Below are positions 17,753 through 28,687 of a stretch of 64,000 bases of DNA, in pieces (position 1 is the first letter of the stretch; every line of letters starts with the position of its first letter). The position numbers and the translations under genes were made by a program. The notes below the pieces were generated by a model that was given only the letters and a program-made list of their open reading frames with translations, searched no databases and was not told where the DNA came from. The DNA lies in IMG/VR virus record IMGVR_UViG_3300035498_002028, one strand, 5' to 3'. Source of the DNA: a virus. Lineage: Duplodnaviria > Heunggongvirae > Uroviricota > Caudoviricetes.

Positions 17753-19588
17753 TTATTTTCTGTTGCTAGGATTCTGTGTATTGACAAGAATCTGCACATT
17801 GTTTTCTGCCAGGTACTTCTCTACCACATCATACATAGTACGGTCGCATGACAAGAACCTTGAAATCCTCGTAATTGTTCCTGGCGTAGTGTTGGGGATG
17901 TCCTTATAGAAAAGCTCATCCGGGATATCAACCCATCCATCGACTACAATCATATCCCTGTAGTACCAGTTATAATAAAGATTTCTCTTACGCTCTGGCT
18001 TGAATATCAGCTTAACAGCATTGTCATACTGCGCATATCTGCCAAATTCCATCGAATCATAAGTGACTTTGCTTGCAATAAAGCCACCCATATCACCGAT
18101 TCCCATAATCGTGATTTTCTGACCTTGTACTAACCCAGCTCTACTAAATTGCTCGGTAATGCTGTCAACATCCGCAAGCACTCGATACATCATCAGCTTT
18201 AAATCAATAATCGAAATCTGCTGAACCACTTCCTTTGTGAGTTTGAAATTGTGGTTATAAATCCACTCCTTCATCGCTGCGATATAATCAAGCTGCTTAT
18301 CCGTATTCCAGATATCCTTCCACCCATTTTTAGTGATAATATCTGTACTCACATCCTCGATAGTTTCCGCACCTGCCACGAATACATCAAACTCTTCATC
18401 CGTGAATTTCTGAGTATCTTCGATGTCATCAGAGCGATATGTCTGTTCGTCAATTACAAAGCAATATCTTGCATATGCAAATCCCTGTGGGTCAATAATA
18501 AACTTCATTTCATTGTCGCAGAAAACTGCGATGCATTTTGTAGAATACCACTTAACTGTCTTTCGCTCATCTTCACCCAAATTATAGAAGTCCTGGATAT
18601 AGTTGATTCTCTTATCCCTTGTCTCGCTGCCGCCCATGCCTTCCAAAAATGAGAAATCATCCATTAACTGATTCTTAAACAAGTCATATGTTTCCTGGTT
18701 CATGTAAATTTCCCTCATGACCTGGGCTGTTACTCTTCTCGGCTCGTCCTCGTCTTTTGTAAACTCATTGTATTCATCAAAGCAATCTTCTTTTGAACGC
18801 CAGCTCTCAATTAAATCTTCCATGAAGTAAGGGTTCTCTACATCTTTTACAACCACGCTTGATTCAATCTTCTCATGATTGGCATTGCGAATAGCCTGTC
18901 TTTTTTCGCTCTCGATTCTAGCAATCTCTTGCTGCTTCATCTGCTCTTCGATTTCTGCGGCAATCCTCTTTTCTTCCGCTACTTTCCACTTTGCTTTTTC
19001 CTCAACGAATTTATTTCTGATATTAAGCTCGCTAACCGAAATCTCATTAAACACGCAGTCATATGAAACATTGGGATAATTCCTGCCGCCATAGAATCCA
19101 TAGCGTACATTTGTTTTGTAGCTCTCGATATATTCTCCCATATATTCAAGCACTGCGTTGACCTCTTCACTATCCTTTTCATAGGGTGAAGCCATAATGT
19201 AAGCACTAATGCTATCAAAATCACTTGTTACAGAAAACTTGAACATCGGGAACCTGCTTCTCAAATGCTTTCTGATAATAGCAGCCGCTTCTTTTGTCTC
19301 AAGATTTTCTTCCGGATGCTCACCGATGTTATCCGTTCTTGTCAACGCCCACAAATCAATTACTGTGTCTGTAATTACTTTTTCTGTGTTGGTTGTTCCA
19401 TCTGTTAAAGATTTAACCAGCTCCATGCGCTCATCAGTCCGTTTCGCATACCACATCTTCTGCCTATTGCTCCAATGAAATCCTGCTCCTTTGATGGATT
19501 CCAGAACTTCCTTTGTTGGTTTACTATCAAATCTAAGCTCTATTCCGTTTTTCTCTTCATTAAATGTTACATTACACATGGCTTTCAT
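17753..19588 (-). CDS. Large polyvalent-type protein with LPD29-like domain
   Basis: TKEAAAIIRKHLRSRFPMFKFSVTS segment; 611 aa. Confidence 0.55.
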   Translation of the reverse strand: MKAMCNVTFNEEKNGIELRFDSKPTKEVLESIKGAGFHWSNRQKMWYAKRTDERMELVKSLTDGTTNTEKVITDTVIDLWALTRTDNIGEHPEENLETKEAAAIIRKHLRSRFPMFKFSVTSDFDSISAYIMASPYEKDSEEVNAVLEYMGEYIESYKTNVRYGFYGGRNYPNVSYDCVFNEISVSELNIRNKFVEEKAKWKVAEEKRIAAEIEEQMKQQEIARIESEKRQAIRNANHEKIESSVVVKDVENPYFMEDLIESWRSKEDCFDEYNEFTKDEDEPRRVTAQVMREIYMNQETYDLFKNQLMDDFSFLEGMGGSETRDKRINYIQDFYNLGEDERKTVKWYSTKCIAVFCDNEMKFIIDPQGFAYARYCFVIDEQTYRSDDIEDTQKFTDEEFDVFVAGAETIEDVSTDIITKNGWKDIWNTDKQLDYIAAMKEWIYNHNFKLTKEVVQQISIIDLKLMMYRVLADVDSITEQFSRAGLVQGQKITIMGIGDMGGFIASKVTYDSMEFGRYAQYDNAVKLIFKPERKRNLYYNWYYRDMIVVDGWVDIPDELFYKDIPNTTPGTITRISRFLSCDRTMYDVVEKYLAENNVQILVNTQNPSNRK

Positions 19589-19746
19589 CCTTTCCTATAC
19601 TTGTTTAGTAATTGGTTTACTCAACTTCTGTATATATATTAGCACACGGCGCTTGCTTTGTCAATACTTTTTCTGATTTATTTTTAATAAAAACCCATGT
19701 TAAAATAAATTGACGCTGAGCTATGTTTTGTTTAATATATTTAACA

Positions 19747-19965
19747 CTATGATAATACCGAATGCAGCTGATATTTTCCACCTACAATATTATTATCATC
19801 GTCAATGTCTGCATATATCAACCCAACAACTCCATCCTTGCTCGTTGTGTTCTCTGCAATTTTTTTACCATATTTTAACGCATCCTTCTTATCCTCGAAT
19901 GCCTTTAATACTTTCTTATCATTACCCTTTGTAATAGTTATAGCAAATTTATTCATTTCCATCAC
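19747..19965 (-). CDS. Hypothetical protein
   Basis: 72-aa ORF, RBS. Confidence 0.6.
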   Translation of the reverse strand: MMEMNKFAITITKGNDKKVLKAFEDKKDALKYGKKIAENTTSKDGVVGLIYADIDDDNNIVGGKYQLHSVLS

Positions 19966-20530
19966 CTCCTAAATATTCCTGCACACACTCTTCCACTTTT
20001 GAAATAAAGGTTCCATTCTTGACACGCAAGACAACTCGGAAGAACAGAAGGCAATCATCCATCAATTGACTATCTCGGCTGCCACCGGAATAATTCTCTA
20101 TCTTATCCAAATCCTTAATAAAAGACTGGACATCCCAGATGCCGTTTTGAAAGTATTTACTCTCATTGATTGAATTAAACATGTTTGCCTGTCTAATATT
20201 CACATTGTCCTCTGCACTCCAATCTCTATTGTTTGTAGTGTCTGCGCGAAGCAGCAGTCTCACATCCACATCAAGATAGTCCGCAATTTTACACAATTTA
20301 TATAACGGAACCTTGACATTTTCCCTGCTACGATTAAGCCATGCACTAACGGCATGGTTGGTTGCGCCTGTGATGGTTGTAAGCTCCTTGATTCTGGTAT
20401 CATCTTTATGCCCTCTGAACATCATAGAATAGCCAAAATACCTTTCTATGTTGTCTGCCATAACACTCTTAGGTGTTATTTCCCATAGGTCTGTGAGTGC
20501 TATGTAATCTTTTGCAATATTGCTCATCAT
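19949..20530 (-). CDS. XRE-type HTH protein
   Basis: IKELTTITGATNHAVSAWLNRSRENVKVPLYKLCKIADYLDVDV. Confidence 0.75.
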   Translation of the reverse strand: MMSNIAKDYIALTDLWEITPKSVMADNIERYFGYSMMFRGHKDDTRIKELTTITGATNHAVSAWLNRSRENVKVPLYKLCKIADYLDVDVRLLLRADTTNNRDWSAEDNVNIRQANMFNSINESKYFQNGIWDVQSFIKDLDKIENYSGGSRDSQLMDDCLLFFRVVLRVKNGTFISKVEECVQEYLGGDGNE

Positions 20531-20612
20531 TCATACCTCCATAGTTGACAAGTAAGTGTATACTGTATAGTAACACACTTACTTTTCTTTGTCAACTCTT
20601 ATTCTGTCTTAT

Positions 20613-21776
20613 TTATGCTGCATTCAAATACTCAATGAATTTATCGGTTAATTCACTAGCAATATTTACCGGAAGTACAAATGCTAAGTATTCATCGTCA
20701 TCAAATACAATCGGGCAAATAACATTTCTGAAAGAGCCAGTTTTTAATACTCCGCAGCATTTAACCTCGCCATCAAACAGCTGCATCGCTTCATAAATAT
20801 ATAACGGATTGAATCCATAAATGAAATCTTTGTTAAGTCCTGTTGATTTATTCTTATCTACAGTTTCCAGCTCGTCAACAGTAATATAATCCGATGTCGA
20901 TATTCCGGTTCTTACCAGATTGTGCTCTTTGTTATATGTGAAGTACATAGGCGCTTTTGCGCTCTTAGCCACTCCATAATACTCTTTGCATAACTTGTAA
21001 AGCTCCTTTGGGTCGATAACCAGCTGATAGTCGTAAAATGTATCTAACATGGTATCAATGTTAAAATATTCTCCCGCAATGAGCCTGCTATAAAGTTTGA
21101 AATCCTCTCCGATAAACTCAACGTGTTTATCATTGGCAAGCACTTGGATATTTCCGGATTTTGCTGTAGAAATCTTTTTAAGCTGAGAATATACTACGCC
21201 TGGAACCACAATTTTTTTGTCGGTCATGAAATCATTTTCCATACGTCTTAAACCAATCCTGTGACTGTCAAGGGCTACAATTCGCTTTGCTTTTCCATCA
21301 AAACTGTATCCCGTCATCATTATGTTATTGAAATTATCACTGATAAAACATGAAAGACTTCCTAATGTCTGGACTAAACGCTGTCCTTCGATATCCATAT
21401 ACATATCCGCATTTTCCATCGTAGGGAATGAGATTAAATCATCTTCCTTATATACTTTTACCGGAACAGCTGATTTCTTTTTGCTGCCCTTCACATTGAA
21501 AAGACCATCTTCCACTTCTACTGTAACCATATCAGATAAACCATATACCTTCTTGATATTATCTTTATGGATATATGTGACCCCCGGCTCGATGACTGTT
21601 GCCGAAACCCTAACTTCTACAAACTGTTCTGAATTATTTACATGAATTGTAATAGCGTTTTCCTCTGTGGAAATCTGCATATGTTCCAAAATACTCATTG
21701 TTGTTTTCTTCGGCATAACTGCCATCGCCTTGTCTGCCGCCTTCTTTAACTCTGTACAATTAACTACGAATTTCAT
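20613..21776 (-). CDS. dnaN: DNA polymerase III beta sliding clamp homologue
   Basis: 387 aa; IVALDSHRIG, SRLIAGEYF, GFNPLYIYEA, YLAFVLPV. Confidence 0.88.
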   Translation of the reverse strand: MKFVVNCTELKKAADKAMAVMPKKTTMSILEHMQISTEENAITIHVNNSEQFVEVRVSATVIEPGVTYIHKDNIKKVYGLSDMVTVEVEDGLFNVKGSKKKSAVPVKVYKEDDLISFPTMENADMYMDIEGQRLVQTLGSLSCFISDNFNNIMMTGYSFDGKAKRIVALDSHRIGLRRMENDFMTDKKIVVPGVVYSQLKKISTAKSGNIQVLANDKHVEFIGEDFKLYSRLIAGEYFNIDTMLDTFYDYQLVIDPKELYKLCKEYYGVAKSAKAPMYFTYNKEHNLVRTGISTSDYITVDELETVDKNKSTGLNKDFIYGFNPLYIYEAMQLFDGEVKCCGVLKTGSFRNVICPIVFDDDEYLAFVLPVNIASELTDKFIEYLNAA

Positions 21777-21885
21777 TTACTTTACCTCCTGTTGTGTAAG
21801 TCGTTTACTTGTCTCTGATATTATATTATCACATATCGCCTTTGCTGTCAATGCTTTTTCTGAATTAGTTTTAAATTTTTGAAGA

Positions 21886-22587
21886 TTATATCTCGACTAT
21901 TTCTATTTCTAATGACTTTGGATATATAACAAGCTCATCCTCATCTCTGGTGTTAAAATAAGCCAATATATCCTTCTTGTCAGCTATCGCCTTTTGAATA
22001 TAACCCGACTTATCCTCTCGATTAAAACGATTTGCGAACCATTTTGCTTTTTTATAGCTTGCAGTCCACGATAATCCTTTGGGATTCCTTCCTACTGCTA
22101 CACCACGGTAGACAACTACCTTATCCGGAAGATTCTTGTATACTTCATAATCCTCTGGTGTCATAAGTGTTGTCTTATCTGCTTTTCTAAACCACCTTGC
22201 AGCCATAGCGATGCTAACGTTTTTATCCTGGTTCGGATTCTCACTATTAACCCATGCATCTGCTAATAACTTTCCAAAATCCCCCGGTGATAGATAATTT
22301 TTTATGAACTTTAAAAATGTAAGTCGATATGAACCTCTAATGATAAGGTATACTTCCATAAGGTCTTGTGCTTGCTCTATTGCTTCTTTGACCTCTGACC
22401 TTATCATATCAAGGTTTTCCTCGCTAGCTGTAATATCAACCATCTCTTTGGTTTTCCCGGAATACTGAATACCATTTTCAAATATAGGATGCATAACCAC
22501 AATTGGAGAATATTTCGTTGGTATAATATCCATATATAGGAAACCGGATGCAGTATCTTTAATTGCCTTTAGATTTGTTTCTTTCAT
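21886..22587 (-). CDS. Hypothetical protein
   Basis: 233-aa ORF; VYRG...GLSWT motif. Confidence 0.7.
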   Translation of the reverse strand: MKETNLKAIKDTASGFLYMDIIPTKYSPIVVMHPIFENGIQYSGKTKEMVDITASEENLDMIRSEVKEAIEQAQDLMEVYLIIRGSYRLTFLKFIKNYLSPGDFGKLLADAWVNSENPNQDKNVSIAMAARWFRKADKTTLMTPEDYEVYKNLPDKVVVYRGVAVGRNPKGLSWTASYKKAKWFANRFNREDKSGYIQKAIADKKDILAYFNTRDEDELVIYPKSLEIEIVEI

Positions 22588-22593
22588 GTAAAC

Positions 22594-23133
22594 CTACTTT
22601 CTCAATTCATAAAGAATGTATTTTGCCTGCTCAGCTTCTCTTGATTTGTCATCATTGTATGCTTCGCATCTCATTACATCCTGTAACTCTTCCATAGCTT
22701 TAAGGTTTGCAGCAAATTGTTCACGCAACTCATCCTGCTCTCTCTTCAATCTATCAAAGTTTTCTTTTGCATAATCATACGATAACTGTTGTGATAAGTC
22801 AACTACGGACAAATCTTCCGGAATATCTCTTGTGAGAACAACCTTTAAGCATTCCAGCTTTTCGCCCACACCGTTCCATGTGCGCCTATCAGCTTTATAT
22901 GTTGGTTTGATATCCGCAAATTCAATCTCCTTATCAAGCGGAGAACAATATACTTTGATTCTGCATGAATCAATTTTCAACGCGCCATCCATATCTTTGA
23001 GTACAGGTTCGAGAATTTCCTTTGTCATCTGTGAAAGTCCACCAGGTTCCTTTGTTGGTGTCTTGCCTGCTAATGCTTCGAGTGCTTTATTACAGTTATC
23101 AATTAAATCCTTGATTAAAATAAGATTCCCCAT
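22594..23133 (-). CDS. Hypothetical protein
   Basis: 179-aa ORF, RBS. Confidence 0.7.
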   Translation of the reverse strand: MGNLILIKDLIDNCNKALEALAGKTPTKEPGGLSQMTKEILEPVLKDMDGALKIDSCRIKVYCSPLDKEIEFADIKPTYKADRRTWNGVGEKLECLKVVLTRDIPEDLSVVDLSQQLSYDYAKENFDRLKREQDELREQFAANLKAMEELQDVMRCEAYNDDKSREAEQAKYILYELRK

Positions 23134-23442
23134 TCTTTCTTACCTCCGTGTGAAATATGTGTTTTAAAGTGTTTTTGTACTAATCTTCACTACTGAAAAC
23201 GGTGTCATGTCCAAATTCTTCTGCAATAATTCTATCAATATCCACCATCATTTTATAGGTATTAACTGCTCCTTTACCCTCACAAGCATCTAATACTTTT
23301 TCTTTCCACTCATCAATTCTTCTTCCTAAATTTTCTTTATTTTTTGCCATAGTTCAATTCCAACCTTTCTCTATAATTTAGTAACTCATTTACTATATAT
23401 AATATATCATATAAGTAATGAATTGTCAACACTTTTTCTGAA

Positions 23443-24255
23443 TTATTTCTCGCCAATTTCACAAGCTGTAATAGCCATGCATAACAGTCCAGCTTCGAGA
23501 GATGAATTACTATTGGAGATAACACTCTCTAATGTATTTGTAAACTCATTCCCATCACCATGCTCCGCTGCTGGATTATGCGTTACACACTCTGGTTTGA
23601 CTACTTCGATAATTGGTTTGCCTTCTGCCTGCATCTTTTGATACCGCTCTACATCCTTTGTATCTCCACGACCAGCAGCCGTAGTGATAACATGCTTAAT
23701 TGCATTATCAAAATCCAAAGCGTTGTGATATGACTTGTATGAAATATTTGGATTATAATGAGTATCCACGGACAAACTTGTGCCACCATGGTTATGTCCT
23801 AAACCAAAAGTATATATACAATACATCGGCTCTGCTGCCATAACATACAGCTCACCATCAACCAGGATATATTTATTCATATCACTCTGCGCCTGCTCGA
23901 TAACAGCTTCTCTGGATGTATCTTTTGCATAATACTCTCTGTCAAAATCGAATCGGAAATAGTTGCTGCCATGCTCATTCCGCCACGCAAGCGCCTGTAA
24001 TGGAGTATTATAGCCATATTCCTCTTCTCCATCAACACAAATGGTTCTGATTGGAGCCTTGCTCCATAAATTGCCATTATACGCAAAAATTTCTCCACCA
24101 TCATAAGAGTGTACGATAAACGCAAGCTCCAATAACTGCGCCGGAACCTCTGCAAGCTCAACATCTATAAATTCCTCACACTCTTTATATCTTAATTTTC
24201 TGCAACGTTTAGGCAAATAAGGCTCTTCGTATTTAATCCATGTTTTAATCTTCAT
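23443..24255 (-). CDS. Hypothetical early protein
   Basis: 270-aa ORF, RBS. Confidence 0.75.
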   Translation of the reverse strand: MKIKTWIKYEEPYLPKRCRKLRYKECEEFIDVELAEVPAQLLELAFIVHSYDGGEIFAYNGNLWSKAPIRTICVDGEEEYGYNTPLQALAWRNEHGSNYFRFDFDREYYAKDTSREAVIEQAQSDMNKYILVDGELYVMAAEPMYCIYTFGLGHNHGGTSLSVDTHYNPNISYKSYHNALDFDNAIKHVITTAAGRGDTKDVERYQKMQAEGKPIIEVVKPECVTHNPAAEHGDGNEFTNTLESVISNSNSSLEAGLLCMAITACEIGEK

Positions 24256-24278
24256 AATCGCACCCTCCTGTGCTCTAT

Positions 24279-24533
24279 TTAAAATGTTAATACAACCTTC
24301 TGACCAGCTTTGATACTCAGTTTGCTTATATAGTTTACCAGGGATGATAAGAAGTTTCTGATTGCATCTGTCCCCTTGTCATTTATGGTAATGTAAACTG
24401 TTTTATCCCATGCGGGCGGCTGTTCGATAGATTGTCCTGGCTTATAATACATTACATTCATATAGTAATGTTTCCCATCAATCCACGGAAATAATCTGAC
24501 CTTGCATCCGTTTACCCATGTATCTAATTCCAT
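24279..24533 (-). CDS. Hypothetical early protein
   Basis: ORF with AGGAGG RBS. Confidence 0.7.
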   Translation of the reverse strand: MELDTWVNGCKVRLFPWIDGKHYYMNVMYYKPGQSIEQPPAWDKTVYITINDKGTDAIRNFLSSLVNYISKLSIKAGQKVVLTF

Positions 24534-24544
24534 AACAATACCTC

Positions 24545-24817
24545 CTATCTTCTTGCATCTAACAAAGAACCACCATGCTCTCTGATTTGTACGATTTTAC
24601 CCGACCATGTTACCTTCCACATCGGCAGGCACCGTTCATAAGGACGATACATACAGGAATTTGGGTCTGACTCTATCCTGCTTTCACCATAGATAACAAC
24701 TGTTCCTACCTCGTCATCATGGTGTCCCGTGTGTGAAAAATAACAATTTGGATATTCCTTTTTGATTTTTTCGCAAAAATTTCTTGCAATTGCTTCATAA
24801 TTTAAACGATTCAACAT
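24545..24817 (-). CDS. Hypothetical early protein
   Basis: ORF with GGAGG RBS. Confidence 0.7.
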   Translation of the reverse strand: MLNRLNYEAIARNFCEKIKKEYPNCYFSHTGHHDDEVGTVVIYGESRIESDPNSCMYRPYERCLPMWKVTWSGKIVQIREHGGSLLDARR

Positions 24818-24850
24818 TTTTCTACCTCCATTCTACATCATCCTGCATAC

Positions 24851-25126
24851 TTATCTTTTTGTGTTTAATAATGCTTCCTTAATGCGCTGCTCCTGTTCCC
24901 GATTGTCCGGAATAGTATAGTCAAGCCCATCAATTCTCTTTGAATATCTATTGATACTGAAATACCACCATCCATCTGGTAATGCAATTGTCATAATCAA
25001 TCTATCAGAATTGCTCATCATTCTTGTAATGTAATTCTGTAATCTATTCTGTGTGAACTTCTCACCATTAAAATAATGTCCTACTGCTAAATCATAAAGC
25101 TGTTTTGTAATTGCGCTAATTGTCAT
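24851..25126 (-). CDS. Hypothetical early protein
   Basis: ORF with RBS. Confidence 0.65.
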   Translation of the reverse strand: MTISAITKQLYDLAVGHYFNGEKFTQNRLQNYITRMMSNSDRLIMTIALPDGWWYFSINRYSKRIDGLDYTIPDNREQEQRIKEALLNTKR

Positions 25127-25147
25127 CTCTTCTCCCTTCTGGGTGGA

Positions 25148-25744
25148 CTAACATCCACCCATTGCCATTCTTAATACAATGCTATCTGCATTATGTTTGA
25201 TATAATTGTCAACAAACTTTTTCCGCTCCGCTGCACACGGGCTTTTAATTGGAGTGATGCTTTTAAGGTACTCTGCCTTAATCCATACCTTATTGCCTTT
25301 TTCATCATAGCATCCGGCAATCAGCTCTGTCTCATTTATGTATGAATATCTCTGGCTCTGATAGGTAGGTCTTTCACCGACCCAAAATACATTGAGCTTT
25401 GTACCTTTCTTTACCTTGCGTCCTCTTACTACTACCGCATCCATTCCCTTTGCTACTGAATTTTTATGCTCTGTGACTGTAGTGCAGAATGACTTGTAAG
25501 CACTCATCTTCATTGTCCGGATAATATCTCTTGCAACCTCTGTGGTCAAGTCGATATCGCAGCTGCCATCCACAAGGTTCTGTCCATCAATACCATAATA
25601 TCCAATCTTGATATCTTTGAACTCGTGCGCTTCCATATCCCACACAATTGCATATACGCTGTACATTCCGTCTAACCAGCTATAGGAAGAAGTCTTTACT
25701 ACTGCGCCTTCATATGTTTTTACTCCATTGATTTCTACTGCCAT
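25148..25744 (-). CDS. Hypothetical early protein
   Basis: 198-aa ORF after operator promoter. Confidence 0.75.
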   Translation of the reverse strand: MAVEINGVKTYEGAVVKTSSYSWLDGMYSVYAIVWDMEAHEFKDIKIGYYGIDGQNLVDGSCDIDLTTEVARDIIRTMKMSAYKSFCTTVTEHKNSVAKGMDAVVVRGRKVKKGTKLNVFWVGERPTYQSQRYSYINETELIAGCYDEKGNKVWIKAEYLKSITPIKSPCAAERKKFVDNYIKHNADSIVLRMAMGGC

Positions 25745-25838
25745 TGCTCTTGACCTCCTTTTGTGTTCTGTAACTCATTTACTGATTATAGTATAGCAGA
25801 GGTTTTTGCATATGTCAATAGTTTTTCTGAATTATTTT

Positions 25839-25869
25839 AAAAAAGATAGCCCTCTGTAACAGGACTATC
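25839..25869 (-). terminator. Intrinsic terminator
   Basis: GATAGTCC-N9-GGGCTATC then U6 on minus strand. Confidence 0.7.
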
Positions 25870-26141
25870 CTTTATAGTTTATTCTCCCCCTTGATTCATT
25901 ATTTAACATTTCACTCTAGCCGCCTACCCATCTCGTCATGCTCACCACCTACCTTCCTTTAATCCTTTTCTGATTTCCTTTGCGTCCATGCCTACTGCAT
26001 CCCTATTATACGCATCCCAGTCTTTAACGCCTGGCGCTTTTTTCTGACAATCTACAGCAATATCATATATAGCCCACACTGCCAAAATTCCTAACACAAT
26101 CAATAATGGCATTTTTATCATCCTTTCTTTTTCTGTCTTGG

Positions 26142-26471
26142 TTAAAACATAAGTTCTCTAGTAAAAGTGACATATAATCCCAGAGGAATTGTGAGTATTA
26201 AAAATGTACCATCATTCATTCCTGTTGTTGCATCATATGTCCAGCCGAAATATACCGCTGCGATGCTTAACATAATAATCGCTACGCCGATAATCCTCTG
26301 TAAAGCATATCTCTTATACAAATTGATTCTCGCTCTTCTGGCTGCTTCTCTCGCTCTTCTGCGCTGTCTCATTTCCTCTCTTACCCTCTGTCTTTCGTCT
26401 GCTCTTATGTCTGCTTCAAACTGCTCTAAATCAGTATCAAACAGAAATATATCTCTTGCCGTATTATCCAT
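26142..26471 (-). CDS. Arg-rich protein with two C-terminal hydrophobic helices
   Basis: RQRRRAREAARRAR then IIGVAIIMLSIAAVYF and FLILTIPLGLYV. Confidence 0.7.
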   Translation of the reverse strand: MDNTARDIFLFDTDLEQFEADIRADERQRVREEMRQRRRAREAARRARINLYKRYALQRIIGVAIIMLSIAAVYFGWTYDATTGMNDGTFLILTIPLGLYVTFTRELMF

Positions 26472-26574
26472 TATGTCTCTCTCAACCTCCTGGTTATTAC
26501 TGATTAGTAATCTATTTACTAAGTATAGTGTAACACACCCTTTAACTCATGTCAACACTTTTTCTGAATTGCTT

Positions 26575-26961
26575 TTAAAGGTTTTTAATACCTTCAAAAA
26601 ATCCCTCTTTATAACCAATCCAGATATCATGGTACTCATCTGTATATCGTGTATCCGGATTCATGTGCAGCCCTTCATCGCCATCCTGGTATCCAATGAA
26701 CTGCCAATGGTCATATGACTTTGATACAAGCCCATCACAGCCCTCATCATAAACCATTACGGATAAACTAACATTCATAAACATATCATCTTTATAAGCC
26801 TTTTTAACCGCATTAAGAACCTTCTTTGCATCCTGCTCGAACTGAATAATATCTCCAATACAAGTATTATCATCCAGTGTGAGACTTGCCTTGCGATTAA
26901 CTGCGACCTTCACATTCCGATTTGTTTTCTCTGTCTGTATCTCAAAATCATAACATTTCAT
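26575..26961 (-). CDS. Hypothetical early protein
   Basis: ORF with AGGAGG RBS. Confidence 0.7.
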   Translation of the reverse strand: MKCYDFEIQTEKTNRNVKVAVNRKASLTLDDNTCIGDIIQFEQDAKKVLNAVKKAYKDDMFMNVSLSVMVYDEGCDGLVSKSYDHWQFIGYQDGDEGLHMNPDTRYTDEYHDIWIGYKEGFFEGIKNL

Positions 26962-27426
26962 TTTACATTTACCTCCTTATTTTTAAATAAAGTCACGAAT
27001 GCTCATACCAGGGGCATCCCACGGGTTAGATGGAGAATAATCGCCATCGGTAGATGATGGTATATAATTCTCATCGTTTGCCTTGTTTGCTTCTGGACTA
27101 TGCAGCAGATTGTCCATGTATAAATCTTCACAGATATCATCGTAATATGACATAAAATCTACCTCCTTGATTTATTCTACATCGCATTTGTCTTTGCGGC
27201 AAACATGTTATAGTGACTAGCATCTGTTCTCACAGTATTGATGTCATCCACACTGAATCCTGCCCGCTTAAAAGCGAGAATTGCCTTCGGGCGCTCAACA
27301 TATGAAACATTGAACAGCTGCATAAATGTTGAAAAAGTGTTATTGTTGGTCATATTCTCATCTCCTTATGTTTAGTAACTTATTTACTGTATATAATATA
27401 GCACAGAATATAACCTTTGTCAAGTC

Positions 27427-27792
27427 TTATTCTGAATTATTTTTAAGCTGTTTTGCTCTTTCTCTTCTATCACAACAGCCCTGGCATCTGCACTCATCTG
27501 CAAGAATCCTCTCAAACTCATTGTCTTTGTCGCATACAAAAGTATCAATATTATATATAAATCCGTGACTTCTTACTGTTCTGTCTTTCTTGTCCCAATA
27601 TCCCAGATGCTTCATACCTCTTACTGAACCAGTAATGTCTATATTTGAATGTACACTAAAGCCGCAGCCGCTTGAACCATCTTCAATCCATGCAAGCCCT
27701 GTATTGGTATCCCTGTAAAGCCTTGCATACGGTTTTACCTCTCTTATAAATCTCTTTGCCATGATACTTGTACCTCCTATATAATAATCCAT
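27427..27792 (-). CDS. Hypothetical early protein
   Basis: ORF; probable start MAKRF after GGAGG. Confidence 0.7.
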   Translation of the reverse strand: MDYYIGGTSIMAKRFIREVKPYARLYRDTNTGLAWIEDGSSGCGFSVHSNIDITGSVRGMKHLGYWDKKDRTVRSHGFIYNIDTFVCDKDNEFERILADECRCQGCCDRRERAKQLKNNSE

Positions 27793-27992
27793 CCAATGCC
27801 ATGTTCCTTTGTTTTAATACCGCACTTGTCAAGAATCTCCTTGACTTTGCCGTTAATAAACTCTGGCTTATCACCTGTAACAATAGCATTGTATATCCTT
27901 GCGCACTCTTGTATATCACATAAAGATACTTGAATTCCTCTAACCTTTTCACCATTGAACCATTTTGTTAAATAACCTTTTAACTTCTTCAT
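27777..27992 (-). CDS. Hypothetical early protein
   Basis: ORF with GGAGG RBS. Confidence 0.65.
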   Translation of the reverse strand: MKKLKGYLTKWFNGEKVRGIQVSLCDIQECARIYNAIVTGDKPEFINGKVKEILDKCGIKTKEHGIGWIII

Positions 27993-28005
27993 GGATATGT
28001 CCTCC

Positions 28006-28221
28006 CTAATACCATCCGGATTTTACACATTTACCAGCTACGAAAATTCTAAACGCCATGCGCTCTTCCTTGGCTAGTCTGATTGCAGCTGCGATTGATT
28101 TACACTTTATAGGTTGCATACAGTAACCACATCTTGTGTTAAAAATGATTTCACACTCTTTGGCTCTTGCCATTTTATCCTCCAATCCGGCAGGCTGCTT
28201 ACGCAGCCGCCTTGCAATCAA
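28006..28221 (-). CDS. Hypothetical early protein
   Basis: ORF; probable start MARAK after GGAGG. Confidence 0.6.
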   Translation of the reverse strand: MIARRLRKQPAGLEDKMARAKECEIIFNTRCGYCMQPIKCKSIAAAIRLAKEERMAFRIFVAGKCVKSGWY

Positions 28222-28513
28222 AGAAACAATGTCTTAATACTTTCCACGCCATGCAGCTTGTAGAGCATTCAAATAACTCTCTATCTAAGAAATTATATAA
28301 TCCTTCTGCTCCACCAATTGCCCTAACCTGTGTCTTTTGCAGCTTATAAACAAACTCAATATCCGGAACTACCTTGACTGTCTTTGTTACTCCGTCTCTG
28401 CTTACGGTGAGATGGTTATTATCTCCCGGATAGATTGTAAAGCTCCAATCAGCTGTATGCTCCATCTTATCTGTTTTCCTGTTATAATGTTCTTCTTCAT
28501 ATCTCCTTGTCAT
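28199..28513 (-). CDS. Hypothetical early protein
   Basis: ORF with AGGAGG RBS after operator promoter. Confidence 0.7.
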   Translation of the reverse strand: MTRRYEEEHYNRKTDKMEHTADWSFTIYPGDNNHLTVSRDGVTKTVKVVPDIEFVYKLQKTQVRAIGGAEGLYNFLDRELFECSTSCMAWKVLRHCFFDCKAAA

Positions 28514-28687
28514 AATTGCTACCTCCTGTTTTTTGTTTCGTAACTCATTTACTGATTATATAATAGCACACAGATTGCAGCTTGTCAATACTTTATCTGT
28601 ATTATTTTTAAAAAAATATTTAATAAGCCTTCTGTCTCATATGGTATATATTAAATCAACTTTATTGTATAATACTTTACATATAAG

